From assembly GCA_003278305.1 (NCBI GenBank), contig QCFU01000001.1:226500-250499 (forward strand): 24,000 nt of DNA. The letters are read 5' to 3'. This DNA is from Prochlorococcus sp. AG-363-M21. GTDB lineage: Bacteria; Cyanobacteriota; Cyanobacteriia; PCC-6307; Cyanobiaceae. Of this stretch, positions 15,855 to 24,000 are shown piece by piece; position 1 is the stretch's first letter, and the number at the start of each line of letters is the position of its first letter. The position numbers were made by a program, and so were the translations under genes. Under the pieces are notes generated by a model. It ran no database searches, had not been told where the DNA came from, and worked only from the letters and a program-made list of their open reading frames with translations.

Positions 15855-16010
15855 TTGGGTTCAGATTTTTTTACAATTTGTATTTCAGGCCTTTTTGCTC
15901 TTGGAGCAATGCTAGTTTTATTTAGCAGTGGTGGTGATGACGATGATGATGATAGCGGTATAGGTCAACTAGTTTTCAATCCATCTTATCTAGGATCAAG
16001 AGTTTCATAG
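15855..16010 (+). CDS. Doubtful small TM ORF with a poly-Asp tract (no ATG start)
   Basis: Frame open from 15717 with no in-frame ATG until Met19 (ATG 15909, mid-TM helix). From TTG 15855: (M)GSDFFTICISGLFALGAMLVLFSSGGDDDDDDSGIGQLVFNPSYLGSRVS. Stop at 16008-16010. Confidence 0.2.
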   Translation: MGSDFFTICISGLFALGAMLVLFSSGGDDDDDDSGIGQLVFNPSYLGSRVS

Positions 16011-16283
16011 GTTCTCTTCAAGGCAATATATTTTTGCAGATGCTTAAACTTAATTAATTTAATAAAGCTTCAAAGGAAAACCAAATAATTGGCAATCTTA
16101 CCTAAACCATATTAAAACAGCTGGGTTATTAAAAATACATTATGCATAAGTTCTAATTGCTCTTTTATAAAGATTAAAACAACCTTTGTATAAAGCCAAA
16201 AATATTTCTTTGTAAAAGATTATTAGTCTATAGTCTATTTATTTGAAATCTTGATTAAATTTTATAGGTTTAAATTTGATTTT

Positions 16284-16418
16284 CTACTCCTCTTTTTCTT
16301 GCTTCCTTTGAATTCCTGTAAATAGAGCTCCAATAAAAAATATACCAATGCATAGATAAACAAATCTTTCAGCTAAAAGTGCTATTGGATTGCCCAAGGT
16401 TGTCAAGTCAGTTTCCAT
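16284..16418 (-). CDS. Possible small single-TM protein (44 aa)
   Basis: My translation: METDLTTLGNPIALLAERFVYLCIGIFFIGALFTGIQRKQEKEE. Confidence 0.3.
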   Translation of the reverse strand: METDLTTLGNPIALLAERFVYLCIGIFFIGALFTGIQRKQEKEE

Positions 16419-16531
16419 AGTTTAAAAGAATAAATTTAAGTAATAAGTGAATAATAAGAAGTTGAATCTTTGGGGGCCTAGGCAAGCTCGTGACTTAAAC
16501 CAATATTATTAAAATTGTATATGATGACTAA

Positions 16532-16735
16532 CTACTCGAAGCTTAGTGATTCAAAGCTCTTTCTTGTCATATCAGGAAGAGTGTGAATATCAAAATACAG
16601 AGGCATTCTTACAATCCATTCATTAAATTCAGATAATAGTGCATGCTGATCCTTGCCTTTTAATTTCTTTGATCGTTTTAAAACGTGAACAATGGAAAGA
16701 GCTAAAGATTCGTGTCGTGAATTGATCTGGTGCAT
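16532..16735 (-). CDS. Small hypothetical protein (67 aa), paralog of 11178-11363
   Basis: Shares the KG.D..AL..E..EWIV block with 11178-11363. See findings. Confidence 0.5.
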   Translation of the reverse strand: MHQINSRHESLALSIVHVLKRSKKLKGKDQHALLSEFNEWIVRMPLYFDIHTLPDMTRKSFESLSFE

Positions 16736-16817
16736 TGGATTAACTAACCAATTAAAAACTATCTAATCAAAAATTTAGTGCAAGTCTAAATGTCGCATCC
16801 GTTGAAGAAAGAAAGGA

Positions 16818-16964
16818 TTATCTATGTTTTGGTGGTATTGCTGATAAAAGGTCAATATTGTAATCACTAAGTTCTTCGAACATTTGTTCAATCCTTTCAT
16901 CCTGTGCCTTTTCTAGTTGATGTAAAAGATCAGGATCTATTTTTTTATCACTGTTCATTGACAT
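16818..16964 (-). CDS. Possible small acidic soluble protein (48 aa)
   Basis: My translation: MSMNSDKKIDPDLLHQLEKAQDERIEQMFEELSDYNIDLLSAIPPKHR. ORF-only evidence. Confidence 0.3.
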   Translation of the reverse strand: MSMNSDKKIDPDLLHQLEKAQDERIEQMFEELSDYNIDLLSAIPPKHR

Positions 16965-17241
16965 GACTACTCACAAAAAGGCACTATAAAATTTTTGATT
17001 ATAATGCCTTTCATGAGAAGTTAAATGATAGGAGCATTTGTTTTCCAAAGACATATAATGTAGGTTTACCAAATTCAAATTGTTATAGCTATCAGTGTTT
17101 ATTCTCAAAAATAATCACTAAATCAAAAATCTGTTTAGTGAATTTCTTATGAGATTTGCCCATTTTCGATTCTAAGGATTTGAGAATATATTTTTAGAAT
17201 AAAATCTTCACTCGTATTGCATACAATATAGTTATTGATCG

Positions 17242-19188
17242 ATGGAGAAAGATGTGCCCTTAATTAGCCTCATAAACGCTTCTCAAAATTTCGGTATTCG
17301 GCCTCTATTTAAAGATCTTGATCTACATATCAACCCAAAAGAAAGACTTGGTTTAATCGGTCCTAATGGAGCCGGGAAGTCGACACTTCTAAAGGCTATA
17401 GCTGGAACAGAACCTCTTATGAATGGTCAAAGACATGCTTCCCCCTTATTGCGCATTTCATTAGTCGATCAAAAAAGTATTCCTAATCAAAACCAAAGTG
17501 TTTTAGAAGAAGTTCTTCAAGGTTGTGGTGATAAAAAGCACCTGCTTCTTAAATATAATAAATTAAGCAAATCAATAGCAGAACACCCCGATCAAATTGA
17601 CCAGCTCAAAGAATTAGGGAAGGTTAGCGAATTAATGGATGCAAAGAATGCATGGAATTTAGAACAACAATGTCAAGAAATTCTTCAAAGATTAGGAATA
17701 ACACAACTACATACTCCCATTAAAAACCTGTCTGGTGGGTATCAAAAAAGGGTAGCTTTGGCTTCAGCACTTGTTGCAAATCCTGATGTCCTACTGCTAG
17801 ATGAACCTACAAATCATCTGGACATTCATGCCATTGAATGGCTACAACATTGGCTAAAGATCTACAAAGGTGCTCTTGTACTTGTAACTCACGATCGTTA
17901 TCTTCTAGATCAAGTTACAACCAAAATGATCGAGATTGACAGAGGTGAATCAGGCGAATATCTAGGTAATTATCAAAATTATCTTGAACAAAAACTTGAA
18001 GAAGAAAAACAAGAAGAATCAATAAAGAGAAAGTTTCAAGGCATTTTAAGAAAAGAATTAAAGTGGCTGAAACAAGGTCCAAAAGCAAGGAGCTCTAAAC
18101 AAAAGGCCAGGATCCAAAGAATTGAAAAACTAAAAGCAAATTCCTTTAAGGAAGAAAAAGAATCAATCGTAATTGAAAACACTGCTAGAAGAATAGGGAA
18201 AAAAGTAATAGAAATAGAGGGTTTAAGGATGACAGCCAACAATCAAAACAACGGTACTGTTCTTTTGGATTCTTTTTCTTATAGTTTTGAGCCTCTAGAT
18301 CGAGTAGGCATAATTGGTCCAAATGGAAGCGGAAAATCAACTCTTCTAGATATCATTGCAGGGAAAAAGTCACCTATCAAAGGGAAGATCGACTTTGGAG
18401 AAACAGTTGTTGTCGGTTACATAGACCAACAAGTAAATGAACTTAATCTCAGCCAAAAATCACAACTAACCGTAATTAAATATATAGAAGAAGAAGCTGC
18501 TACGAGAGTTAGTTTTAAGGGCAAAGAGATAACTGCATCACAACTTCTTGAGAAATTTCTTTTTTCACCACAAGAGCAACATAGTCCCATAAGCAAACTC
18601 TCAGGAGGAGAAAAAAAACGTTTAAATCTCTGCAAGGTGCTTATTAATGCACCAAATGTTTTATTACTTGATGAGCCCACAAACGATCTAGATGTACAGA
18701 CCCTTGGCGTACTAGAAGACTTCCTGGAAAATTTTCCTGGATGTGTAATTTTGGTTTCACATGATCGTTATTTCCTCGACAAGACAATTGACAAGGTTCT
18801 TTTCTTTGAAGACAAAAAACTGCAAACATTTCAAGGGACTTACACATCATTCCTTCAACAAAAGCCATCAAACACTAAAGTCAGCTTTGAGAGAAAACAT
18901 AATCTTAAAGCCAAAGAAATAAAGAAGGAAACAAGGCAAAAACCACTTGCTAGTGAAGCGAATAATAAACTTTCAACTTTAAAACGTCTAAGTTATAAAG
19001 AGAAAAAAGAGCTTAATGAATTAGAAGAACTTATACCAATTCTGGAAAAAGAAAAAGCTTTATTAGAAGAAAATATTTCTAATAACAAAGGGAATCTGTA
19101 TAGTTTAAGTCAAAAACTAGCCTCAACTATTGAAAAACTTCAATTCTCTGAGGACAGGTGGCTTGAATTAAGCGAGATCCCTAATTAG
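17242..19188 (+). CDS. ABC-F family ATPase (duplicated ATP-binding cassettes, Uup-like, C-terminal coiled coil)
   Basis: Two Walker A motifs (GPNGAGKST, GPNGSGKST), two signatures (LSGGYQKR, LSGGEKKR), two Walker B motifs (LLLDEPTNHLD, LLLDEPTNDLD). Has a charged inter-domain linker and no TM domain. Confidence 0.9.
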   Translation: MEKDVPLISLINASQNFGIRPLFKDLDLHINPKERLGLIGPNGAGKSTLLKAIAGTEPLMNGQRHASPLLRISLVDQKSIPNQNQSVLEEVLQGCGDKKHLLLKYNKLSKSIAEHPDQIDQLKELGKVSELMDAKNAWNLEQQCQEILQRLGITQLHTPIKNLSGGYQKRVALASALVANPDVLLLDEPTNHLDIHAIEWLQHWLKIYKGALVLVTHDRYLLDQVTTKMIEIDRGESGEYLGNYQNYLEQKLEEEKQEESIKRKFQGILRKELKWLKQGPKARSSKQKARIQRIEKLKANSFKEEKESIVIENTARRIGKKVIEIEGLRMTANNQNNGTVLLDSFSYSFEPLDRVGIIGPNGSGKSTLLDIIAGKKSPIKGKIDFGETVVVGYIDQQVNELNLSQKSQLTVIKYIEEEAATRVSFKGKEITASQLLEKFLFSPQEQHSPISKLSGGEKKRLNLCKVLINAPNVLLLDEPTNDLDVQTLGVLEDFLENFPGCVILVSHDRYFLDKTIDKVLFFEDKKLQTFQGTYTSFLQQKPSNTKVSFERKHNLKAKEIKKETRQKPLASEANNKLSTLKRLSYKEKKELNELEELIPILEKEKALLEENISNNKGNLYSLSQKLASTIEKLQFSEDRWLELSEIPN

Positions 19189-19192
19189 AGAA

Positions 19193-19672
19193 TTAAAAAT
19201 CTAATGCAACTTCAATCGCTGCTACTAATTCCTCATTAGAAGGGTCAGTGCCAGGCTGAAACCTTGCTATAACATTTCCATCCTTCCCAACCAAAAACTT
19301 CTCGAAATTCCAACTTACATCTCCACTTGGATCTACTGCTTTAAGTGTTGTATAAGGCTCTGTTGTTTCGCCTTTTGCATGAACCTTTGCGAAAATCTCG
19401 AAATTGACTCCATAAGTTAAAGAGCAAAATTCTTTAATTTCATCAATTGTTCCTGGTTCTTGAGCCCCAAAATCATTACAAGGGAAGCCCAGTACCAAAA
19501 ACCCTCTATCTTTATATTTATCTTGAAGCATTTGCAAACCTTTATATTGAGGTGTGTTACCACATTTACTGGCCACGTTAACGATCAAGAGTACTTTACC
19601 AAGATATTGACCTAATTTTGTTTCTGAACCTGTAGATGTTTCAACTAGAATGTCAGTTACGTTTACTTGCAT
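19193..19672 (-). CDS. gpx: Glutathione peroxidase (Cys-type)
   Basis: VNVASKCGNTPQY, LGFPCNDFGAQEPG and WNFEKFLVGKDG are canonical GPx motifs. Probable start is the internal Met (MQVNVTDILV..., comp. 19670-19672) rather than the track start at 19708. Confidence 0.85.
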   Translation of the reverse strand: MQVNVTDILVETSTGSETKLGQYLGKVLLIVNVASKCGNTPQYKGLQMLQDKYKDRGFLVLGFPCNDFGAQEPGTIDEIKEFCSLTYGVNFEIFAKVHAKGETTEPYTTLKAVDPSGDVSWNFEKFLVGKDGNVIARFQPGTDPSNEELVAAIEVALDF

Positions 19673-19976
19673 AATAAAAAAAAGAATATTCAAAACATAA
19701 CAAAACAATCGACTTTATCAAACCACTTATTTTCAATTCAATGCACTTGTAACATATCAATCTACAAATAGATCTTATAAATCATTGGATACAGCTAAGA
19801 GTAGCTTAAGCTTTATTTAAATTATTAAGGTATTATTTCCACTATTGGGCAGTCTTCTAATTCGAACTAACAAAACTTCCATATTGATGGCAAAACATAT
19901 AAAAAGAAGTTAAGCTTATATTTCAAGCATTAAAAAACAAAAGAATCAACCCTAAGATTAATTCTCTATTAAAGTT

Positions 19977-20432
19977 ATGGCTTTAACAATTGGTGATAAT
20001 GTGCCTGATTTTTCACTCATAGATCAATCAGGCATAGAAAGAAGAAACAAGGACTTAGATGGCATTCCATATGTTTTATTCTTTTATCCAAAAGATGACA
20101 CCCCGGGCTGCACAATTGAAGCTTGTGGTTTTAGAGATAAATATGATTTATTCAAAATCCTAGGTGCAGAGGTATGGGGCATTAGCAATGGGGGCAAAGA
20201 AAGCCATCTTGATTTTGCAACAAAAAATAAACTTCAATATCCTTTATTATGTGATAAAAACAATCAACTTAGGAAAACGTTTGGAGTGCCGAAAAAGCTT
20301 GGATTGATAGAAGGAAGAGTTACTTATATTATTGACTCTAGTGGTGTCATAAGACATATATTCGAAGATCTTCTTAATGGCCCTGCTCACATCAAAGAAG
20401 CTTTGAGAGTGTTAAAAGAGATTCAAGTTTAA
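19977..20432 (+). CDS. bcp: Peroxiredoxin, BCP/PrxQ type
   Basis: FFYPKDDTPGCTIEAC carries the PxxxTxxC peroxidatic Cys plus a resolving Cys five residues later. 151-aa length and thioredoxin-fold pattern. Confidence 0.9.
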   Translation: MALTIGDNVPDFSLIDQSGIERRNKDLDGIPYVLFFYPKDDTPGCTIEACGFRDKYDLFKILGAEVWGISNGGKESHLDFATKNKLQYPLLCDKNNQLRKTFGVPKKLGLIEGRVTYIIDSSGVIRHIFEDLLNGPAHIKEALRVLKEIQV

Positions 20433-20514
20433 AGTTTTAACTTATCTTTTTACATTACTTATATTCGTTCACATAATAGTTGGAAATAAATTATTACTTT
20501 CTTATGTTTGTAGA

Positions 20515-20715
20515 TTAATCATTATTGCCATTAACATCTTTCTCGTTAACAGCTTTATTAAGTTCATCCTGAAATTCAGTGGAAGCCTTTTGCAAGCTTT
20601 TTAAAGACTTACCTAATGTCCTACCAATCTCTGGCAATTTCTTAGGACCAAATATCAATAGGCCTAGTACAAAAATTATTGCTATTTCAGGCAACCCAAC
20701 TCCGAAAATATTCAT
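20515..20715 (-). CDS. tatA: Twin-arginine translocase subunit TatA/E
   Basis: MNIFGVGLPEIAIIFVLGLLIFGPKKLPEIGRTLGKSLKSL: TM helix, FGPKKLP hinge and amphipathic helix. 66 aa. Confidence 0.85.
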   Translation of the reverse strand: MNIFGVGLPEIAIIFVLGLLIFGPKKLPEIGRTLGKSLKSLQKASTEFQDELNKAVNEKDVNGNND

Positions 20716-20999
20716 AACAAATAAAAATGATTTAAGCTTACTTTACTTACTTTATTAATTTACACAAGTAACAAGAATATAATTTACAAATAACTAATCT
20801 GTTTCGCATCTATCGCGAACACATAAATCAAAAGGGAGGGATTCCATGCATACAATATGGCACTTACATGGAGAGGGATTATGTAATAAATAGACTATTT
20901 CTATTCGTCATTCTGCTAATTATATACCTAATTTCAAGAAGAATGCTTAAGTTCAATAACTCAACCAATCTAAAAAAATGGTATTGATTTTATAAAATA

Positions 21000-21743
21000 T
21001 TATTTTTCTATTTGATTTAAGAATTTTCGACTACGCTCATGCTTGGCATTAGAAAAGAAAATATCTGGTGTAGTCATTTCGATTAGTTTGCCTGAATCCA
21101 TAAACAAGACTCTATCTGCCACTTCTCGAGCAAATCCAACCTCATGAGTTACTACAACCATAGTCATTCCCTTTTGAGCAAGAGTTCGCATGGCATCTAG
21201 GACTTCATTTACACGTTCTGGATCCAATGCACTTGTGGGTTCATCAAACAAAAGCAATTCTGGCTTCAAAGCAAGGGCTCTTGCTATGGCAACTCTTTGC
21301 TGTTCCCCACCACTGAGTTGAGATGGATATTTTCTTGCTTGTTTAGTTATCCCCATTTGAGATAAGAGATGCATTGCATGCTCCTCAGCCTCGATCCGAG
21401 TAAGTTTCTGAACTTTCATAGGAGCAAGAATTATATTCTCTAATATTGATAAGTGCGGAAATAAATTAAATTGCTGAAAAACCATCCCAACTTTCCTTCT
21501 GATTGCACGAATATTACGTTCGTCATGATTTGAATAAAGTGGTACACCTACAACTTCAAGCTTTCCAGAATCGAAAGTCTCCAGACCGTTAAAAGTCCTT
21601 ATAAGAGTACTTTTGCCTGATCCAGAAGGACCCATTACTACTAAAACTTCTTGCTTGTTAACTACCATAGAAATATCATCAAGAGCACGTAATCCCTTAG
21701 TAAAAGATTTAACCAAATTATTGGCTCTGATAATATGACTCAT
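21000..21743 (-). CDS. Polar amino-acid ABC transporter ATP-binding protein (GlnQ/AapP/BgtA-like)
   Basis: GPSGSGKST, LSGGEQQRVAIARAL, LLLFDEPTSALDPE, VVTHEVGFA. The start overlaps the upstream permease stop (ATGA at 21740-21743). Confidence 0.9.
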   Translation of the reverse strand: MSHIIRANNLVKSFTKGLRALDDISMVVNKQEVLVVMGPSGSGKSTLIRTFNGLETFDSGKLEVVGVPLYSNHDERNIRAIRRKVGMVFQQFNLFPHLSILENIILAPMKVQKLTRIEAEEHAMHLLSQMGITKQARKYPSQLSGGEQQRVAIARALALKPELLLFDEPTSALDPERVNEVLDAMRTLAQKGMTMVVVTHEVGFAREVADRVLFMDSGKLIEMTTPDIFFSNAKHERSRKFLNQIEK

Positions 21744-22792
21744 ACGTTTTTTCGTATTCTTCTCTGAATACTAACTTTCTCCTCAAGTTGCCTTAACAAA
21801 AGAGCCATAACTGTACATATAACCCAATAGATTCCAGCAAGCCATACATAAACTTCGATATAACGTCCAATAAAAACTGGATTGGCTAATATGCTTCTAC
21901 TAATGCCAAGCAATTCAACTAACCCTAGAATTGACATTAAAGATGTATTCTGGAGAAGTCCTATAGCTTGATTTGTAAGAGCAGGTAATGCAATAGTTAA
22001 AGCTTGCGGGAGAATAATAAATCTAATAGTTTGGGCTTGACTCAATCCAAGTGCCTTAGAGGCTTCCAATTGACTATTAGGTATTGCCTGCCAACCTCCA
22101 CGTATATCTTCTGCAATATAAGCTGCAACAAATAATGTGAAAGAAATTACAGCTCTACTTACTCGGTTGATTTCAACTCCTAAAGGTAGAAAGAGAGGTA
22201 TTAAAAGTTGACCAAAAAAAAGAATTGAGATTAAAGGCACTGCTCTTAATGCATCTATATAAAGAGCACTAAAATATTTAATTAGAGGTAATTTGCTTTG
22301 TCTCCCAATCGCAAACATTATTCCTAAAGGGAACGCCAAGAGCGCACTACAACTCATTAGAAGTATTGTGAGAGTAAATCCACCCCAATGCCTACTTTCT
22401 ACCGGCAATAAACCTAATCCACCTGAAAGCAGACCAACCCCAAGAGGTATTACACCTACCCATGCTATGGGCAAAACCTTGCCAAACCAACTCCAACGGG
22501 GTTTAAAGATTGTGACAATTGAAAGAAAGGCTAGAATTAATAACCAAAGGCATGGCCGCCATCTCTGATCTACAGGAAAAACACCAAATGCATATAAAGG
22601 TAGATTCTGAGTTACTACTCCCCATTGAGAACTAAATAACAACCATTTAAATACAAGTAGAAGAGAAAATAAAAAGATAAAAACTATACTGATTACTACC
22701 AAACTATTAATTAAATTAGAAAACACGATTTCTTTAAATTTTTGCCAAAAATTCAAAAATATTCTCTTTTTTAAGATGAATGAGATTTTCAA
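21740..22792 (-). CDS. Amino-acid ABC transporter permease (AapM/NatH-like)
   Basis: Multi-TM ORF with a binding-protein-dependent transport EAA loop (QLEASKALGLSQAQTIRFIILPQAL). 4-bp overlaps with both neighbours. Confidence 0.85.
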   Translation of the reverse strand: MKISFILKKRIFLNFWQKFKEIVFSNLINSLVVISIVFIFLFSLLLVFKWLLFSSQWGVVTQNLPLYAFGVFPVDQRWRPCLWLLILAFLSIVTIFKPRWSWFGKVLPIAWVGVIPLGVGLLSGGLGLLPVESRHWGGFTLTILLMSCSALLAFPLGIMFAIGRQSKLPLIKYFSALYIDALRAVPLISILFFGQLLIPLFLPLGVEINRVSRAVISFTLFVAAYIAEDIRGGWQAIPNSQLEASKALGLSQAQTIRFIILPQALTIALPALTNQAIGLLQNTSLMSILGLVELLGISRSILANPVFIGRYIEVYVWLAGIYWVICTVMALLLRQLEEKVSIQRRIRKNV

Positions 22793-23685
22793 TGTTTTTG
22801 ATAACTTAAAAGCCTATTATTGAGAAGTTCCATACAATTGCTTATTATAATATTGAGAAAGAAAAAACTAATTAAAAGCAAAATAAAGCCTTCTATTGCC
22901 CTGCCGGTTTGTGTAATAATAGTATCGCTTATAGCATATATATCAGAATAACCAACAGCAATCGCCAATGTACTATTTTTAGCTAGGTTTAAATATTGAC
23001 TAGTTAATCCCGGAAGTATTGCAGGCAATGCTTGAGGCATTATCACCTTTATTAAGCCTATATTCTCGGCCAAGCCAAGACTTCTAAAAGCCTCCCATTG
23101 CCCTCTAGAAACAGATTGAATTCCACCTCGAACAATTTCAGAGATATAAGCTCCACTATAAACACTAAGTCCAATTAATAATGCCGAGAACTCCGCCGAA
23201 AGATTAATGCCTAAAATTACTATTCCTTGATTGGATATATTCAATATACCTTTAAAAGGACCAATCAAGTTACCTTGAATACTTAAAAAACCAACAAAAT
23301 ACCAAAATAGAAGTTGCAAAAGAAGTGGAATCTGTCTGATGAATGTTACATATAAAGAGGCCAGGAACCTAAGCAAAGTATTACGTCCTGCACTTAGAAT
23401 TCCAACAAAGAAGCCTATTAAAGTCGCCATTATTAAGGAGGCAAATATAACCTTCAAACTATTTAGCCAACCTATGAGCAATGCCCAAGCATAATTATCA
23501 GATGAAGAATAGGGTAAAACATGTTCAGCCAATGCAAAGCCTGCTGTTCGATTTAGCCAACCAAAGTCGAACCCAAGGCCAGATCTTATAAGGTTTGTAG
23601 ATATATTATTAACTAAAACAAGGATCAGGGAAAATACCAATGCCAATACCAATACCTGAATCCACAATCCCTTTCGCATTTTCAT
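22789..23685 (-). CDS. Amino-acid ABC transporter permease (AapQ/NatG-like)
   Basis: Multi-TM ORF with an EAA loop (QWEAFRSLGLAENIGLIKVIMPQALP). Translationally coupled to the next permease. Confidence 0.85.
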   Translation of the reverse strand: MKMRKGLWIQVLVLALVFSLILVLVNNISTNLIRSGLGFDFGWLNRTAGFALAEHVLPYSSSDNYAWALLIGWLNSLKVIFASLIMATLIGFFVGILSAGRNTLLRFLASLYVTFIRQIPLLLQLLFWYFVGFLSIQGNLIGPFKGILNISNQGIVILGINLSAEFSALLIGLSVYSGAYISEIVRGGIQSVSRGQWEAFRSLGLAENIGLIKVIMPQALPAILPGLTSQYLNLAKNSTLAIAVGYSDIYAISDTIITQTGRAIEGFILLLISFFFLNIIISNCMELLNNRLLSYQKH

Positions 23686-23715
23686 CTTTTTAATTTAACA
23701 AGTTAATTCCTTATA

Positions 23716-24000
23716 TCAATTAAATGGAGGAGAGATTTGAACACCACCGTTTGTATGAAGCTCATTTAACCCTCTAGGTATAGGCACATCACTATTTGGA
23801 CCCAAATGTCGATTATAAATTTGACCATAATTACCTGTCGCTTGAATCACATTTACTACAAATTTGTCTTCTAAACCTAACTTTTCGCCAAGGTTCCCTT
23901 CAACACCTAAAAATCTTCGTAATTGCTTTAATTGAGGATTATTTTTTGCTTGTATAAGCTTCTCATTAATATTCTCTTTTGTAATTCCTTGTTCTTCAGC
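23716..24000 (-). CDS. Amino-acid ABC transporter periplasmic substrate-binding protein (AapJ/NatF-like), C-terminal part; gene starts beyond the right edge
   Basis: Absent from the track because it runs off the window. My minus-strand translation: AEEQGITKENINEKLIQAKNNPQLKQLRRFLGVEGNLGEKLGLEDKFVVNVIQATGNYGQIYNRHLGPNSDVPIPRGLNELHTNGGVQISPPFN, stop comp. 23716-23718. GNYG.I..R.LG......RGLN.L...GG....PPF is typical of AapJ-type binding proteins. Confidence 0.8.
   Translation of the reverse strand, partial: AEEQGITKENINEKLIQAKNNPQLKQLRRFLGVEGNLGEKLGLEDKFVVNVIQATGNYGQIYNRHLGPNSDVPIPRGLNELHTNGGVQISPPFN

Noticed and set aside
18036-18871. Track ORFs 18036-18242, 18417-18680 and 18644-18871 (-)
   Set aside because: All lie antisense inside the ABC-F ATPase gene, which has unambiguous motifs throughout.
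20831-20987. GGGAGGG plus ATG mini-ORF (MHTIWHLHGEGLCNK, ATG 20846) and an overlapping 39-codon TM ORF (20868-20987, MERDYVINRLFLFVILLIIYLISRRMLKFNNSTNLKKWY) between tatA and the ABC operon
   Set aside because: Both are short, lie in different frames and have no + strand gene downstream to regulate. The evidence is insufficient to call either a gene, though frame conservation could be checked.
22293-22568. Track ORF 22293-22568 (+)
   Set aside because: Antisense within the amino-acid permease gene.
1-24000. Genomic island, mobile element, CRISPR or defence system
   Set aside because: I found no integrase, transposase or recombinase motifs, no tRNA or tmRNA attachment site, no direct repeats flanking the hypothetical-rich 5.4-17 kb stretch, no CRISPR-like spaced repeats, and no nuclease, helicase or methyltransferase domains. 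By eye the composition is uniform across the window.

Overview
AT-rich window (about one-third G+C by eye) that reads as chromosomal DNA of a marine picocyanobacterium, most likely a Prochlorococcus. Supporting this are an SLH/OprB-type porin, an idiA-piuC iron cluster, Nif11-domain mini-proteins, a PsbF-like ORF, DUF3386/DUF2470/DUF1499/DUF1330 families, and compact spacing with many tiny ORFs. Left end (1-3.2 kb): iron-acquisition neighbourhood (idiA 5' part, piuC-like oxygenase, small secreted protein, porin) with one strong bidirectional terminator. 3.4-5.4 kb: three small minus-strand ORFs (two Nif11-like), divergent from purT. 5.4-17 kb: a low-annotation stretch of short hypothetical and membrane ORFs interspersed with rpsU, a DUF3386+DUF2470 pair, an MBL-fold protein, DUF1330, an SDR and DUF1499. 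Right part: ABC-F ATPase, glutathione peroxidase and BCP/PrxQ peroxiredoxin (divergent), tatA, and a polar amino-acid ABC transporter operon (ATPase, two permeases, 3' end of the binding protein). I found no tRNA, rRNA, CRISPR array, transposase, integrase or long repeat. The most unusual item is a 111-aa ORF (10597-10932). Its C-terminal ~35 residues closely copy cytochrome b559 beta (PsbF), but the heme-ligating His is Asn and the adjacent Trp is Thr. It sits after an ORF with a weak PsbE-like segment and before a tiny TM ORF, so this may be a diverged heme-less psbEF(L)-like cluster. Secondary items are a two-member family of ~60-aa proteins, a Nif11 mini-protein cluster, many sub-60-codon single-TM ORFs missing from the ORF track, and a perfect Shine-Dalgarno-like sequence with no ORF upstream of rpsU.
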